From contig MU054187.1 of NCBI GenBank assembly GCA_013239625.1, forward strand, positions 2,055,757-2,119,756: a stretch of DNA of 64,000 bases, read 5' to 3'. Every line of letters starts with the position of its first letter. Positions within the stretch are counted from its first letter, which is position 1. The notes beneath the pieces are model-generated. The model saw nothing but the letters and a program-made list of their open reading frames with translations. It did not search any database and was not told the origin of the DNA. Shown here in pieces: positions 11,717 to 24,582 of this stretch. Both the position numbers and the translations under genes were made by a program. The stretch is from Lama guanicoe. Its lineage: Eukaryota.

Positions 11717-11820
11717 CTGAGGAATGGCTGAACTTCAGTCGGACAAAGTGATTGCAGAAACTGTAAATCTTTTAGTGAAATATCTGGAAGTTCACAGTCA
11801 AACTTTCGAGGCTTCTGTGT
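11717..11820 (-). CDS. RB1CC1: RB1CC1 exon 13 (104 nt)
   Basis: TQKPRKFDCELPDISLKDLQFLQSLCPTEVQPFL(R); TAG| acceptor, GTAAAC donor. Confidence 0.95.
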
Positions 11821-12059
11821 CTATATGAAAAAATAATTTACAAAAAAATATACAGGACAAATCAAATTCATAAATGGTTTCTTAGTATAATCAAGTTCAA
11901 TATAACAAGCAAAAATGTTTCAAATGATGTACCCACACTGGAGAAACAACAAAATAATCAAACCAAAATGAAGGGCTATTCAGTGAGGACGCGCCACTAC
12001 GTCTCTGAGTCTGAAATAACCAGGACATGAAAGCTGCTGCTGATCAACTGACATGCCCC

Positions 12060-12300
12060 CCTGCTCCCGTCTCCTTCCCCGACCTGGCTCCAGCATCTCT
12101 GTATGGGATTCTAGCTCTCCTGCCCCTGCTCCCCCCGACCTGGCTCCAGCATCTCTGTATGGGATTCTAGCTCTCCTGTCCCCCCCACCTCCCCCAACCC
12201 AGCTCCAGCATCTCTGTAGAGTTCTAGCTCTCCTGCCAACCCCCTCCTCCCAGCGCCCGGCTCCAGCAACCCTGTAAGGGGTTCTAGCTCTCCTGCCAAC
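12060..12300. repeat. Minisatellite, 4 copies of a 56-59 bp unit
   Basis: GCTCCAGCA...CTGTA...TTCTAGCTCTCCTG recurs with starts at 12087, 12143, 12202 and 12260, separated by C-rich linkers. Confidence 0.9.
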
Positions 12301-13258
12301 GTTAAAGGAACGCACTTGTTTCCCTCTCACACAGGGGTTCCCAGTTTTCATCTGACCCTCAGCATGGTCACGAAGCCCCTGCCAGCCCGAGACCTGTATC
12401 TATTCCTGTAACTTCCTGGTGCACCGTGTTGTTTTAATGTAGTAAAAATAGTTTTTTCTTTACTTCTTTCCTTGCCCTTCACTTTACCTTTTCACTACAT
12501 TTTCCAAAATACAAAGTCTTAGTCCATTTAATCCTCTTAAAAAATGAGTATCTACCATTTCTCTATAAAACTGCCAAGAACTACATCTTTCAAGATAACT
12601 CCAGGTGTCTCAGTCACGACCCATGCAGTTTAGGGACGTCAGGACACTCCTCACCAGCAGGGCTCCTACATGTGAATGAGTGTGGGAAACCCACCCGTTA
12701 CAACACTCACTCACACGTACACAGAAACACATACATCTGAAGCCCTAAGAAACCCTGCAGCACAAAACACGGTGAATAGTCAAGGAGTATGTCTGAGGAG
12801 AACACAGAAAACCTATAGCGTTTCCAAACTTCTTTGACCGTGGAATCTGTTGTTGGTTTTTCCTAATGTAGTAAGATCAGTGGCCCCAGGTGGCCCTGAT
12901 TCAGAAATACAGCAAACTTACTTGTCACTGTTTAATGAAGCTTACCTGATGGGTCGCCCTATTCTGATCTGTCCAAATATGAATGAGATGGGAGGGCGGG
13001 GGAGAAGGAGCAGGGGGCAAGGAGGAGGGAGACACCGATGGGGAGGAAGAGGATCTATTCCCACCATCTCAGCAGTGTCGCCTGTGTTGTGAAGACTCTG
13101 TATCAGAAACTATGAATTTACATTAAAGCTTTTTGGCAATGATCTTTTAAAGCCAAAAACAGTTTTATTTTGATAAAAAATGTCTGCTTCTGATAAAGAT
13201 CTCTACTTCTGAAATGACCACATACAGGATTTAGTCATGTTAGAAAATAAATACATAC

Positions 13259-13320
13259 ACAAAAGGATGGGGGCCAGGAGTCCAGTCCCCTAAACAGACG
13301 GTTTCTTAGAAAAGACTTCC
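13259..13320 (-). CDS. RB1CC1: RB1CC1 exon 12 (62 nt)
   Basis: (R)KSFLRNRLFRGLDSWPPSFC; CAG| acceptor, GTATGT donor. Confidence 0.95.
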
Positions 13321-13437
13321 CTGTGTAAAGAAATGAACAATATGGTTATTTTATAACTCATGCTAGTAATGCTACCTTCTTATCTATGAAATAAAACCAG
13401 CATTTTTTTCCTTAAAAAATTAAAAAAGAACACTTAC

Positions 13438-13519
13438 TAAATAATTTCCCAAAGGATTCCCTTTTTGACTTTTCAGCCTCATATAATCGCTTTCCGTCCT
13501 TGACTAAAGCACCAGCCCA
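13438..13519 (-). CDS. RB1CC1: RB1CC1 exon 11 (82 nt)
   Basis: WAGALVKDGKRLYEAEKSKRESFGKLF; CAG| acceptor, GTAAGT donor. Confidence 0.95.
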
Positions 13520-13600
13520 CTGAGGAGAGGAGAGCTTGTGTTAATATCCACCCAGTTCAAGCAGGCTCAGACACAATGAAAGCAAATTCAACCTGCATAC

Positions 13601-13787
13601 CTCCCTGTAGTGTTTTATGAACATTTTTCTCCTTACGACCTCGACAACAGCTAAGCAGTACACCTGAGGAACCGTGCTCAGGGCTTCCACAGTCCGGACC
13701 CTTTCCACCAGCTCCACCACGAGGCGCAGCAAAGCCTGCAGCTTCTCTCCGTCCTGGTCAGCGTGAAGCATCACGAAGCAACACCAC
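13601..13787 (-). CDS. RB1CC1: RB1CC1 exon 10 (187 nt)
   Basis: WCCFVMLHADQDGEKLQALLRLVVELVERVRTVEALSTVPQVYCLAVVEVVRRKMFIKHYRE; CAG| acceptor, GTATGC donor. Confidence 0.96.
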
Positions 13788-13951
13788 CTGCAGAGTCAAG
13801 TCCAGACATACAAACGCTACAAAAATCATCTCATCCCATGTCAATCGACAAATGAAGGATTTCAGTACAGTTTAAAATTACTCCATCACTTGGGAGAAAT
13901 AAAAAATATCAACCCTCAACATCCCAAATTAGATATAGTAGAATGACTTAC

Positions 13952-14136
13952 TTCAGCCTGACATGCAGGTTATTTGCAAGTTCTTGTTTGGCAGTGGTAC
14001 ACTTCTGTTTAATGTCCAACAGTTTTCTATGATTTTGCAACATAATCATCAACTGATTTGCGTGACTCAGGCACAAATCAGGTAACACAGATGCATCCTT
14101 CAAGTTTTCAGCTCTCATCTGATTAGCTAAAAATCC
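13952..14136 (-). CDS. RB1CC1: RB1CC1 exon 9 (185 nt)
   Basis: GFLANQMRAENLKDASVLPDLCLSHANQLMIMLQNHRKLLDIKQKCTTAKQELANNLHVRL(K); AAG| acceptor, GTAAGT donor. Confidence 0.96.
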
Positions 14137-15254
14137 CTTTAACAGAAAATATGTTATAGAACATTAAGACTCACGAAAGGCACAAACATTCATTTCAGAG
14201 GAAAATCTCTGTTAGACATGCACTGTTCTACTTTCAAATAAGACTTAAAAATCTCCTACGTTTCTGAGTTTAGTGGATGTGTCCATAGCAAAAGATTCAG
14301 AGCTTTTAAGAAGTTTATGCTCATCTAATGCTGCTCCATTTTCAGGCTAGAAGAAAAATGAGACCCAGGAAGATAAAGCTCTGTATCCAAGGATGCAACA
14401 GGCAAACGAGAACCAGAACCTACATCCCTGAACCTCTACTACACACACAGCGGCCCCGTCAGGGCACAGCCAATAAATAAACGTGGCCACTGACCTGAAG
14501 TCGCAAAAACCAGCAGATACAATCTAATCAGTGACAGCCGATGGGAGACCATACACTTCCCCCAGTAACAATCAACCAACTGACCTTGTACTTTTTCTTG
14601 AAGTCATTCCTCTCACCACTATTTCAAGGCTACTGTATTTTGTTCCCCTGATCTGTGCTCAGATTTTGAGAATAATGAGCTTTATAGTACATTTTATTAT
14701 TCTGTAGGAAAAGTAATTATTGTATTGTGTTTATAGGTTTTTTCCTACTCTGCTGTCACATTCTGCTCTGTCACACTTGCTGCTGCAGATGGTTATCCCC
14801 GTACCACATGACCAGCCAAGGGCAGCAAGTGTGTCTTCTTCCTTTCTGGTGGTTTGCTCTCCTTTCTTTCATGTTTTGCCTAAATATTATGAAAATATTT
14901 AAGTTTAAATGATGTGTATTAAAATAAAGTCGAACTGGTTCAATATCTGAAAATAAGACAATTTTAATAGTAATATTATATCTTACACTTCTTCCAATAT
15001 GCTGCAAGACTATGCTTTTCCTGTAATTTAATCCATTAAAAAAATAATTTACTGCTTTAATCAATCTCCTTTGATAAAGTCTTACTGGGCTATCAATTAG
15101 TTTTTCCCAAATCCAAGAAAAACAGAATCAATCCAGTTCATGCAGTACAAGCCCAACGCAAGAGCAGTACCAAGCAAGCCACAGCCCAGCACAGCGGAGC
15201 CAAACTGCTGAAAACCAAGCCAAAGGCAAAGCGCTACCAGCAAATCACTAACAA

Positions 15255-15800
15255 CTGGGAATTCTCCATCAAGAGAAAATATCCTTCAGAAACAAGGTGA
15301 TGTAAAGAAATTTTCAAATGACAAAACGTGAATTTGCCACTCAAAGGAACTACTAAGGGCTATTTTAATGTACAGTAGACTTTACTACATCAAGGCTGCA
15401 TGTATTACTTAAAAGGAATACAGCTAATACACAAGAAAGATAACGTATCATAACTGCGTTGAGCTTATTCCAAGAATCCAAGCATGGTCCAAGATTAGAA
15501 ATACAATGTAACTTTCTTATTCTAGTGGGGGGTTTTCTATTAAAACAGGAGAAAAAAAAAGACTACAAATATTATAATGGTGAAATGTAGACCATTTTTT
15601 ATGGATCAGGAATTAAACAAGGATACCTACTAGCACATCTACTTAGCATTGTACCGGGGTTCCATTCAGTGTTTAGACAAGATTAAAAAAAAAAACAAAA
15701 ACCCAGCTCACAGTTAAGTGGCTGGACCCAAAATCAAAAGAGAGAATAAGAGAAACTGGTAATTCATTACAAGATGAACTCAGTTAGTAAACTACAAAAG
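15255..15800 (+). mobile_element. Highly degraded L1 fragments (ORF1 end and ORF2 RT pieces)
   Basis: aaaatatccttcagaaacaaggtga (ORF1 C-terminus-like); ttattccaagaatccaagcatggt and gatcaggaattaaacaaggatacc (RT-like). Confidence 0.45.
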
Positions 15801-16517
15801 CACTGTAGATATTTTAATCGTGTTTAAAATGACTGCAGCACGGTTATACACATTTTAGCTACCTACACCATCCTGCATGGACTCAGCCATGCAGGTGAAA
15901 CAAAACATCTGTACCCATTAGAACGATTTTTCAGAGGTTCTAATGAAAGAACACATCTAGAAGGGAAACACTGGCAGGGAACGTTAAACCAGAAGAGTGA
16001 ACGTCAGCGTCAAGATGACAGAGTCACCTCTTTTGCTACAGGCTGTTTTCCAAGGACTTGAGGGTGGGAGGCAAACAAAGCGGCCTGAGCTACAGTCACG
16101 TGTCGGGGGAGTGGCTAGGGCGACCATTCTTCACAATTTCCTCACCTTCTTTTGGTTATAAATCTAACTTGGTAACAGAGTTCTTGGGACACTGCATTAA
16201 ATTAGACCTAAAAACCTAAGTATTAGTAAATTCTTAAGCCCTTTACTTCCCCCGAGGAGGGAGCAGGGGCTTATCAGCACGGCACGCTCGGCCTCCCCGT
16301 CAGCCCGCGCGCGCCCCCTGCTGCGCGCAGCGCGCGGTCCACCTTCCCGCGGACAGCACGGCAGCCGGCCGGGACCTCACTCAACCCGAGATGCGCACGG
16401 GGCCGGTGACGCCTGCATGAGCAGTGCTCGTGGTGCACAGCACGGTGAGGCTGCGCACGAAATACTGTGCAGGAAAACCGCACACTCCTTTTCCTGAGAG
16501 AAGTCTGCGAGAAGCAC

Positions 16518-16688
16518 CTGAGCAAGCTCTTTCTGTTCGTTGACGAGTCGGCCGCAGCTGGCGATCATCTGGTCCAGGGCGTACAGCCGGTCTTCCAGCC
16601 CTTTGATGGCTTTCATATTCTGATTATCGAGATTGGCAATAGTTTGACGGCATTCTGCTATAAATGGTCGAATAATCCGTGGATCAAG
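16518..16688 (-). CDS. RB1CC1: RB1CC1 exon 8 (171 nt)
   Basis: LDPRIIRPFIAECRQTIANLDNQNMKAIKGLEDRLYALDQMIASCGRLVNEQKELAQ; TAG| acceptor; donor CAG|GTGCTT. Confidence 0.95.
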
Positions 16689-19600
16689 CTAATGACAAGC
16701 AAACACACATGAATGAAATTTTCAACAAATGGTCTAAAATATATTTCACACTATTCTGATAACCAAGCTTCAAAGAAAAACAAACAGTGGAAAATGGAGA
16801 AAGCAAAAGCGTGAGAAATCAAGGGTGTATTTCCACAAGAAGGTCAAGAACAGGGTAATTATGATGTTAACAAAACACAGGAATGCCGACACAGGAATCC
16901 AGTTCTAGGAACCGTACCTTTCAATTCAAGCCGCCATCTATTCAGTTCTCAATATCCCACCAAAAACAGTTTTTCCCAGGTCTTATGAAGTACAGCAGAA
17001 TTAATAATAACACTTTCTTGGTCATTAACTGATCAACGCAACTTCCCTCTAAAACATATCAACACCCCTCCCCTGGAGATGGCTGTGTTCTTAGCCTGCA
17101 TCTGCTCAAGGAATTTGCTTGACCAACTACACTTTCTTACTCTTCAACCTCTCCTGTTGCCTGGCTTTAACTCTACAAATTTTCTGTAATTTATGGAATT
17201 CACAGAACCCCAAAACTTTCCCTCAACCCTGCTGGGCCCTCCCCTGAAAGAACTGTACACCCGCCGTCCTCGTCCAGACGCCCTGCCCCTGCTCCCTGTG
17301 AGGCTCCCACGCTCACGCCGAAGACGCTTGTGGCGCGTCCGGCGTTGCCCCCGCTGGCTCCTTCCCAGGACCCGCTCTGGCAGCTCCTCGCGCCTACTAC
17401 CCCCAGGGACTCTGTGCTGCAGCCCACCTTCCTGTTCCTCACGAGATTTCAGCAGTAACCACAACTCCAAGGAGGGAACCCCAGCCCCTGTTCAACCCTT
17501 CATCCTCCTCACGGACTCTCAGTCTGTGTTTCTGACTACTTGCTGCTGCCTCCACAGGGACACCTGTGGTATCTTCTAGCACTGACTCACTAGAGCTGTC
17601 TTCTGCTGAAACCCCTAAACGGCTCCCTTCTGCCCACAAAGACATCGGAAGACACGGAATACTGAACCGCCTAGCACACGCAGACAAATGTTCCTCCAGC
17701 TCTGAGCTCTGTTCGCAGTGAGCGTCCCCCTAGCCGCTGAGGCCCACGTCTGTGTGACTGTGAGGGTCCCAGTCAAACGCCACCTGCTTCATGATGTCTT
17801 CTCTGATCTCCAGTCAAAGGGACCTTAACTTATTTATTTTAGGTACAGTGTCTGGTACACAGAGAACAGACAAAGGCAGGTAAAAGTGAACTGTTCTACT
17901 GTTACCAAGAATTCAGTATAGTCAGTAAGAAGCTGCATTTCTAGTACCTCAAAGCTAACATGGCCACTATGTAATACAGCCGGCACCTGCTTTGTACAAT
18001 GTTAACTAAAATTTGTTAATAGGTGAATGTTTTCTCATTTTTGTGGTGACTCCAATGTGCACACGTTTCCAATCCAAAGTAATGACTAAATTATGTGGGT
18101 GATAAAAGCCTAAAAAAGATGACTAAAACAGACTCAAACTTTCAACCTGGGCAAAAGCAGAACTATACATAAAACACAGCAGTGATTTAAGGAAGAAAAC
18201 CCAAACCCCAAACCACAGCTCCCAATTATGCAGTTTCTGTGTCTCACAATTCGCTGAAAGTACAATATACAACACAGACAAGCACGGAAGAATGTTTGAG
18301 ACTCACTGAATACAGGTTACACAACCTGAGTTCCTAAAAGCTTATTCTACTTAAATTTCACTCCATCAGTGCACAAGTAATGACAACTAAAATTTCCAGT
18401 CTGTGAATATTTTAAATTATGTATTTTAAATCACAGATTTTTACTAGTAATAATTCAGCAAAGTTTCAATAATTAAACACAGTGCTACATTAATTTTCAG
18501 TCTGGTGCTTTTTCCCCTGACAACTACAAAGGTTAACATTATTGTTGTCTAAAACTAAAAAGTTTTTTACCTTCTCCATTCTCCACCCCTCACCTCTAAA
18601 CCCACCCCACTGCACAGAGTAAACAAAAATATCCCAAACAGGTCACAGGTCTCCTGAATGAAACACTAAGATGAAATTCAATAAATTATGTTCATATCAT
18701 CCTGGAAGGCTGAGAAACTAGCTAACTAAACATGTTTCCCACTGTCAACCGTCAGATTTGCAAGTCAGTTTGTCTTCTGTAGTATAATCTGAAATAGAAC
18801 ACCCAAGAGCTGTTCTAACACGAACACAATACAGTCTAAGAAAACATGTGAGTATACAAAAACGCAGCAACAATTCGAGATTCTCCTTGATATGTGAGGG
18901 TAAAAACTAAAAAGTTTGTGAAATTAGCATTTATCAATCCACCCAAATATCATAAAATAGAGGGTTTAAATGACTTACTGTGGATGACAGAGGTCAGAAA
19001 TGAAGGGCAGTGCTATGATCTGAGCCCTTATGATTCCAAATCATGCTCAAGCTCCATGATACCTGCCTCTTGACTCAGTTTTTGAAAACGGCTTCTGACT
19101 TTGGCAGTTGGAAATACATGTTAAGAATACTACTAAAATTGGTTAGTCTACAAAAATGATGGCTTTAACCAGAATTTGCTTTTGTAGAAGAATATCAAAA
19201 CTTGGAACATTTTTTAATTAGTTTATTGGCAATGAGCACTCCTGCTATCAGGAAACCAGGCAGGCAGCTGTTCTGGACAATTACGGATTGAACATGTGAT
19301 GAAAAGAAGGCATCTTGGGTGAGAGAGATCCCATACTCAGGTCAGTCAATCTTTAGAAAAGCCATTAGTAGTATCAAGAATACACAACACTACCGAGAGG
19401 AGCAAAGTACTAATCTAGTCAAACCGTCACGGCAAAGTGCTATTTACTACGCGGCACATCCCACTAGGAGCACGTACTGTTATTGTGTCCAGCACAAACC
19501 AATACATAAACTGATTCTTCAAAATGCGTTTTCATTTCTGCTGAGCAGAAAGTTTCGGTGTCACGCGCGCGTCACTGATGACAGCGCCGTACCACAGCCG

Positions 19601-21531
19601 TGTCCGCTGACTCCCGACCGCGCGTGTAACGCAGGGCGCCGCCACCCTGCTCTCACAACATGAGGACTTCGCACGCTGCCGCACGAGCTGCCAGCGACTG
19701 CTCCCTCTGAGAAGTCGATGATGCGACCCCCTGGTAACAACACCAGCTAACTTCTGTTTTCGGTAGGTAAAAACGCTTGTGAATTTTCATTCATCCAAGT
19801 CAAGGGCCACTGTTACCTCCCTCCTGTCATACAAAGGGCTTTGCTAGATTTCACTTAAACATGCAAGCACAAAGCCAAGGGCAAGCCCGCCAAAAACGGC
19901 CTCAAGGTCTAGAGCCCGTTCTGACTCATGTGGAATTACAACAAGTATAAAACAAAAAAAAGAAAAAATGAGATTTCAACCATCCTATCACAATCACATG
20001 GCTGACTGTCCACAACTCCAGATGGAATTTTTAGACTACTAAAACGTCAGTAACTTGAACAGAACACCAGTTTTCATTCATTTTCAGCATAATCTATTCC
20101 ACACTTCCCTGCCCTGGCAAGTCTTAACTGAAGCGTTCTCTGACCACAGATAATAAACAGCCACAATGAAAGAAACGCCAGAAGGCTGTCATCAAGGAAA
20201 CAGGTACTGGAAGAATTAAAAAGAAATGTGGAACCCATTGCATTTCACTGTGCAGTAACTTAAACGAGGGAAGAATGTTGCCATTTTCAGGCACCCAGAC
20301 AATGCGCTGCCCTCCTCTCAATAACCAACCCAAGACCAAGTCTCTCTTCCAACTGATGAGAAGTTTACCTTTGCGAAAAGCTTAGCTGCCCTGCCCACGG
20401 CCTTTAGACGACCGCAGCCTTCAGAATACCCTCTCACGCTCCTGCGCCCCTGACACACGGGCCCGTCCCCTTCCATGCAGGCCTCAAAGATTTCTCCCAG
20501 CTCACTCCTCAGATCTGAAGAGGTATTGACTCCCCAGGTGTCTAGAAGTGTGCTCGGGGGAGAACTTAATCTAAAACACAAGCTCACTGTAATTATAAAA
20601 TACAACTAAAAACACAATGTCTACATTCTGAATTTTAAAATATATCAGGCAGACGCAAAATTACTTCTTCAGATCTAAAATTACTTCTTTTAAATGTCAG
20701 AAATCGGTTCCAGGGGGCGTGGGGTGGGGGCGATTAGAAAGAGGCACATAGCAGTTTTCTGGGAGACGGAGAAGTTCAATACCCTTTGGTGTTGGCTACT
20801 CTGTGAACTAACCACTCAAGTCTTCTGTATTTCATCAAATGTAAATCATTCTCAGTGTAAAAAAATTTTTTAACTGTAAAGATAAAAATGAAATTATATC
20901 ATTAATATTTTTCCCCTAAAAGCTTGGAAGTTCTATAGCATTTGTAAATGTGAACACCAGATTCATTACTAAGTGAACGTAAGACACAGGGCAGGTCAGA
21001 GGCCGCCGAACACTGCCCTTTTACCGGTTTACTTGTACTGAGAGTGCTCAGGACTCAAGGCACAAGGATAAAAATCATACGACTGTGTTACCCAGGCCAG
21101 TACAGAAAGCCAGGACGGAGGTTCACCCAGAGGATGAAAGAACCTGACTGTAGGGACAAACTAAATGACAGGAGATACGACAAAGTCCAAGTGAAATTAC
21201 TGGGTCGGGGGAAAAAATTCAAAGTACCACCACCATCACAACTGTCCCCAGCGGAGGGGACACAGCAAGGCTCGGCACTGCACAGAATTTCTCCTGTCTG
21301 ACCTCCGATAAGCTTCCCAAATGTACCATCAGCTCTCGAGTAAGGTTACAAGTTCAACGGTCTGATGTGTCCAAGGTCATACACATGGCGATAATGCCTG
21401 ATTCCACGGCCCATCATTTCCACTCCAGCAGGGCACTCACTCCCCGTTACTGCACAGGAAACATTTAGTGTCGATAACATAACTTCACGTGGTAAAATGA
21501 CCCAAGGAAAACCAAAGTTAACGTCACTTAC

Positions 21532-21958
21532 CCTGCTCATGGAATCAAAGCACTTCCTGACCAACGATTCCACGTCATTAGGCCTATCCTGAACATTGAT
21601 CCAGTCTAACAAAGAAACATTAAAAAAAGGCAGATCGCCATCTTTAGCATCTACTGAAGTTTCGTCCTGCTGGACAGTACTTTGACAAGATTCCCTAATT
21701 TCTTTTCCACTTTCAGCATCTGTGGAGTCTGGGGCTACGTGTTCCATGGACTTGTGACATGAGGCTGACGAGGGTTTACTTGTTGTTGCAGGCATTTCGG
21801 GAGACAGCACCAGTTCCGCGGAGGTCTTCACCTCCGCCTTTTCTGAGCCTTCGCGCTCAGGTGAGGAACCCAGTCTTCCCAAACATCCCCTGTAACTATG
21901 TCTGGTCAGGCACTCCAACAGCGGGATCTTGGCCATCACCGAGACCGCAGTTCCTAAA
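21532..21958 (-). CDS. RB1CC1: RB1CC1 exon 7 (427 nt)
   Basis: (H)LGTAVSVMAKIPLLECLTRHSY...VQDRPNDVESLVRKCFDSMSR; AAG| acceptor, GTAAGT donor; explains ORF 21346..21939. Confidence 0.96.
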
Positions 21959-23116
21959 CTTAAAATACAAAAGGTCTGTCAGTACAACAATGGGACTGCT
22001 CTAGTTAGAGATCAGCATTTTGAAAGAAAGAACACTGTTAACACACACACACACATCTTGCCACCTCGCTAATAACTACATGCACCTAAAGTAGTCTGTG
22101 AGGTGCTCCCAGTTAGACAGAGAAACACCTCGTGAGACAGAGCAAAGGGTATTGCTCACACACTGAAACACCCTCTAAAGCAAAGGCAGCAAGTGTATGC
22201 TAAACAAGTGGACAACTGGTTTTTAACAAATCTTAAGGTATAAAAAACTTGAATTTATAAAAAAGAGTTACCATACCAGTCCCTTAAAATTCAACATTTT
22301 GTCTTTAAGCTAATCAAATATTTTCGATATACTGAAAGTAGAGGGTTAAAATTAACACTTTTATTAGATTAAGATAACGCTTGCATTCATCACACCCTGA
22401 AAACAGACAGAAAGGTGGATAGATGTATGTTGTCAAAAAACATGGGAAAAGATAAAATCTTGATGATTTGACTTGTGTAAAAACATAGTAGAAGTATTCA
22501 GGCTCCTACATTAAATTACATTAAATTAACCTCTCTGAGAGAACTCCTCTGCAAAAAGTTACTTGAAAAGTTTATTATAAAAACTTTTAAAAGCTCTTCC
22601 CCATCTTAATTAATCATTCCCTTCCTCCCCGAGATGTGTCCCATTGTCAACTTAAGGCCAAAATGTTCTAAATATTCATACCACAAAATAGAGAAACTTG
22701 AAATAATAAGGTTTACTTCATTAAATAAGAAGAAAAGAACATGCTACTTCCCTCTAATTCAAATTGAATAAAAAATAAATTTAAAAAGAACCAAAAGTAC
22801 ACAAAACACTGAAACTGTACATATACATACAACAAAAATTCTTGGGTTCCTAAATGACTTCAAAAGTATTCTGAACCTTTTACATAAAGAATACAGAAGT
22901 CAGGCATGTGGTAGACGTGAAATACGTGGAGGATAAAACTGACCATACTTTCTAAATTTTACAGTCCATATAAGTCATCATAAAAGCCTGAAAAACATGA
23001 ACTTCAGTTATAATAAATACAGGGCCTATTAGAAGTGAAATTACCATTACTAAACCGGATAAACTACAAAGGTGTTTACACAAACGTCTTATTATCCATT
23101 TTAATGGCAAACATAC

Positions 23117-23319
23117 TGAGTAAGTTTTAACTTGATGTCTTCTATGGATTGCAGATAATTTGAATAAATACTTTCAAATTTGAAAAGTAGCTTTTGGTAG
23201 GAATTTGAGCAATCCTCTAGATTGGCCATGATTGCAGCCCAGCCCTGGTGCTGCAGGTGCTCATCGTGGACCAGACCTTCACAGAACGAGCAGAGTTTCT
23301 TGGCAACTTCATACATTTC
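23117..23319 (-). CDS. RB1CC1: RB1CC1 exon 6 (203 nt)
   Basis: EMYEVAKKLCSFCEGLVHDEHLQHQGWAAIMANLEDCSNSYQKLLFKFESIYSNYLQSIEDIKLKLT; CAG| acceptor, GTATGT donor. Confidence 0.96.
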
Positions 23320-23501
23320 CTGCATTGGAAGACAAGAAACAAACAGTGAAAGAAGGTAATGTCTGTGTGCACGTCCACACACGGGCACTCACACACACAC
23401 ACGAACGTGCTCTGAGCACATTCCGAGGGAAGCTCTGCTGAAGGAACTTTTTAGTGACCATTCCTGTCTTCGCTGTGACAACACGGAGAAGCTCACCCCT
23501 G

Positions 23502-23568
23502 CTGGGCGTCCACACAGCTGGAGTGTCCACCCCACTAGGGCGTCCACACTGCTAGGGTGTCCACACAG
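23502..23568. repeat. Short tandem repeat, 4 x 16-17 bp
   Basis: CTGGGCGTCCACACAG / CTGGAGTGTCCACCCCA / CTAGGGCGTCCACACTG / CTAGGGTGTCCACACAG. Confidence 0.8.
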
Positions 23569-24454
23569 GACAATTCAGCAAAAACTGTGAAACACAAAGC
23601 TCTGAACTTTCTACCATGGAATGAATGCCACGTGGCAATGACTACAGACCACTAACACACGCAGTTACACGAATGAGTCTCAGGAACACAGTGCTGAGTC
23701 CAAGAGGCCAGACACACAACAAAAAAAGCCGTTCTGGGGGTCAGGACACTGGTTAACTTTATGGAAGAGGAATAACAGGTACTGAAAGGGGGAAAGCATG
23801 AAGTAGGGCGATATCATATTTTAAAATTTGTGCTCACTTTGTGAAAATGCACTAAAAATGAACGTACTATGATTTGTGCATTTTCAAACATGTATCAAGA
23901 AACAAAAATCCATTATTAATTTTACTGACAGTAAAGATAACAGTGCAAGTCACATAACAAGCAGCCAGGCAGCCTGACTCCAGAGTGTGCTCCAGACGGC
24001 AGGCCCTCAGGGCCTCTCAGTCCTCACACGACGGGCGGCCGGGCCTGCGGGCCCTGTTCAGGCTGCAGCGGCTCTGGGTGTGGGTTAAAACCTGAGGACA
24101 CACTCTCCCTCCACTTCCCATTCTTCTTTATCGTCACTTTCTCAGCGATTCCTGGACAGGGATTCTTTCAAGGGAACTCCAAGTCCATTTTATGTAACAC
24201 AAATAAAACAAAAAATCAAAACTCCCCCCACTGCCCAAAAGCAAAAATGCCTCATCATGGCAATTAACTGTGATTAATTCAGCTCGTGAACACAGATAGA
24301 TAGGAAGTAGCATGTGACCATGAATGTTAAGAATGATAGTAAGAATCCACCTTGTGCGCCAACTCCAGCGGCGCACACACAACGGGCATGTCACAGGGAT
24401 GGCTGACTAGCGGGGCCACACAAGGATGACATGCAAACTCGCAAAGCGTTCCAT

Positions 24455-24465
24455 GTTTTGAATAT

Positions 24466-24506
<41 letters not shown>

Positions 24507-24582
24507 ACTGAAGCACCATGCTGCACTCCAAAGAGTCACACAACACTGTAAATCGACCATACTTCAATTTAAAAAAAAAAAA
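24455..24582 (+). mobile_element. Short L1 3' terminus with poly(A), containing the GT repeat
   Basis: gactgaagcaccatgctgcactcc...caacactgtaaatcgaccatacttcaattt(A)n resembles a laurasiatherian L1 3' end. Confidence 0.6.
24468..24504. repeat. (GT)18 microsatellite
   Basis: Perfect dinucleotide run. Confidence 0.97.

Noticed and set aside
11980..12351. ORFs with repeated peptides, and a repeat-spacer look resembling CRISPR
   Set aside because: These are translations of the minisatellite; the linkers are similar C-rich tracts, not unique spacers; mammalian intron with no cas genes.
19570..19712. Possible intronic C/D-box snoRNA (CTGATGA ... CTGA)
   Set aside because: The C box is imperfect, I see no terminal stem or rRNA-complementary guide, and it lies far from the acceptor; an Rfam/snoscan search would settle it.
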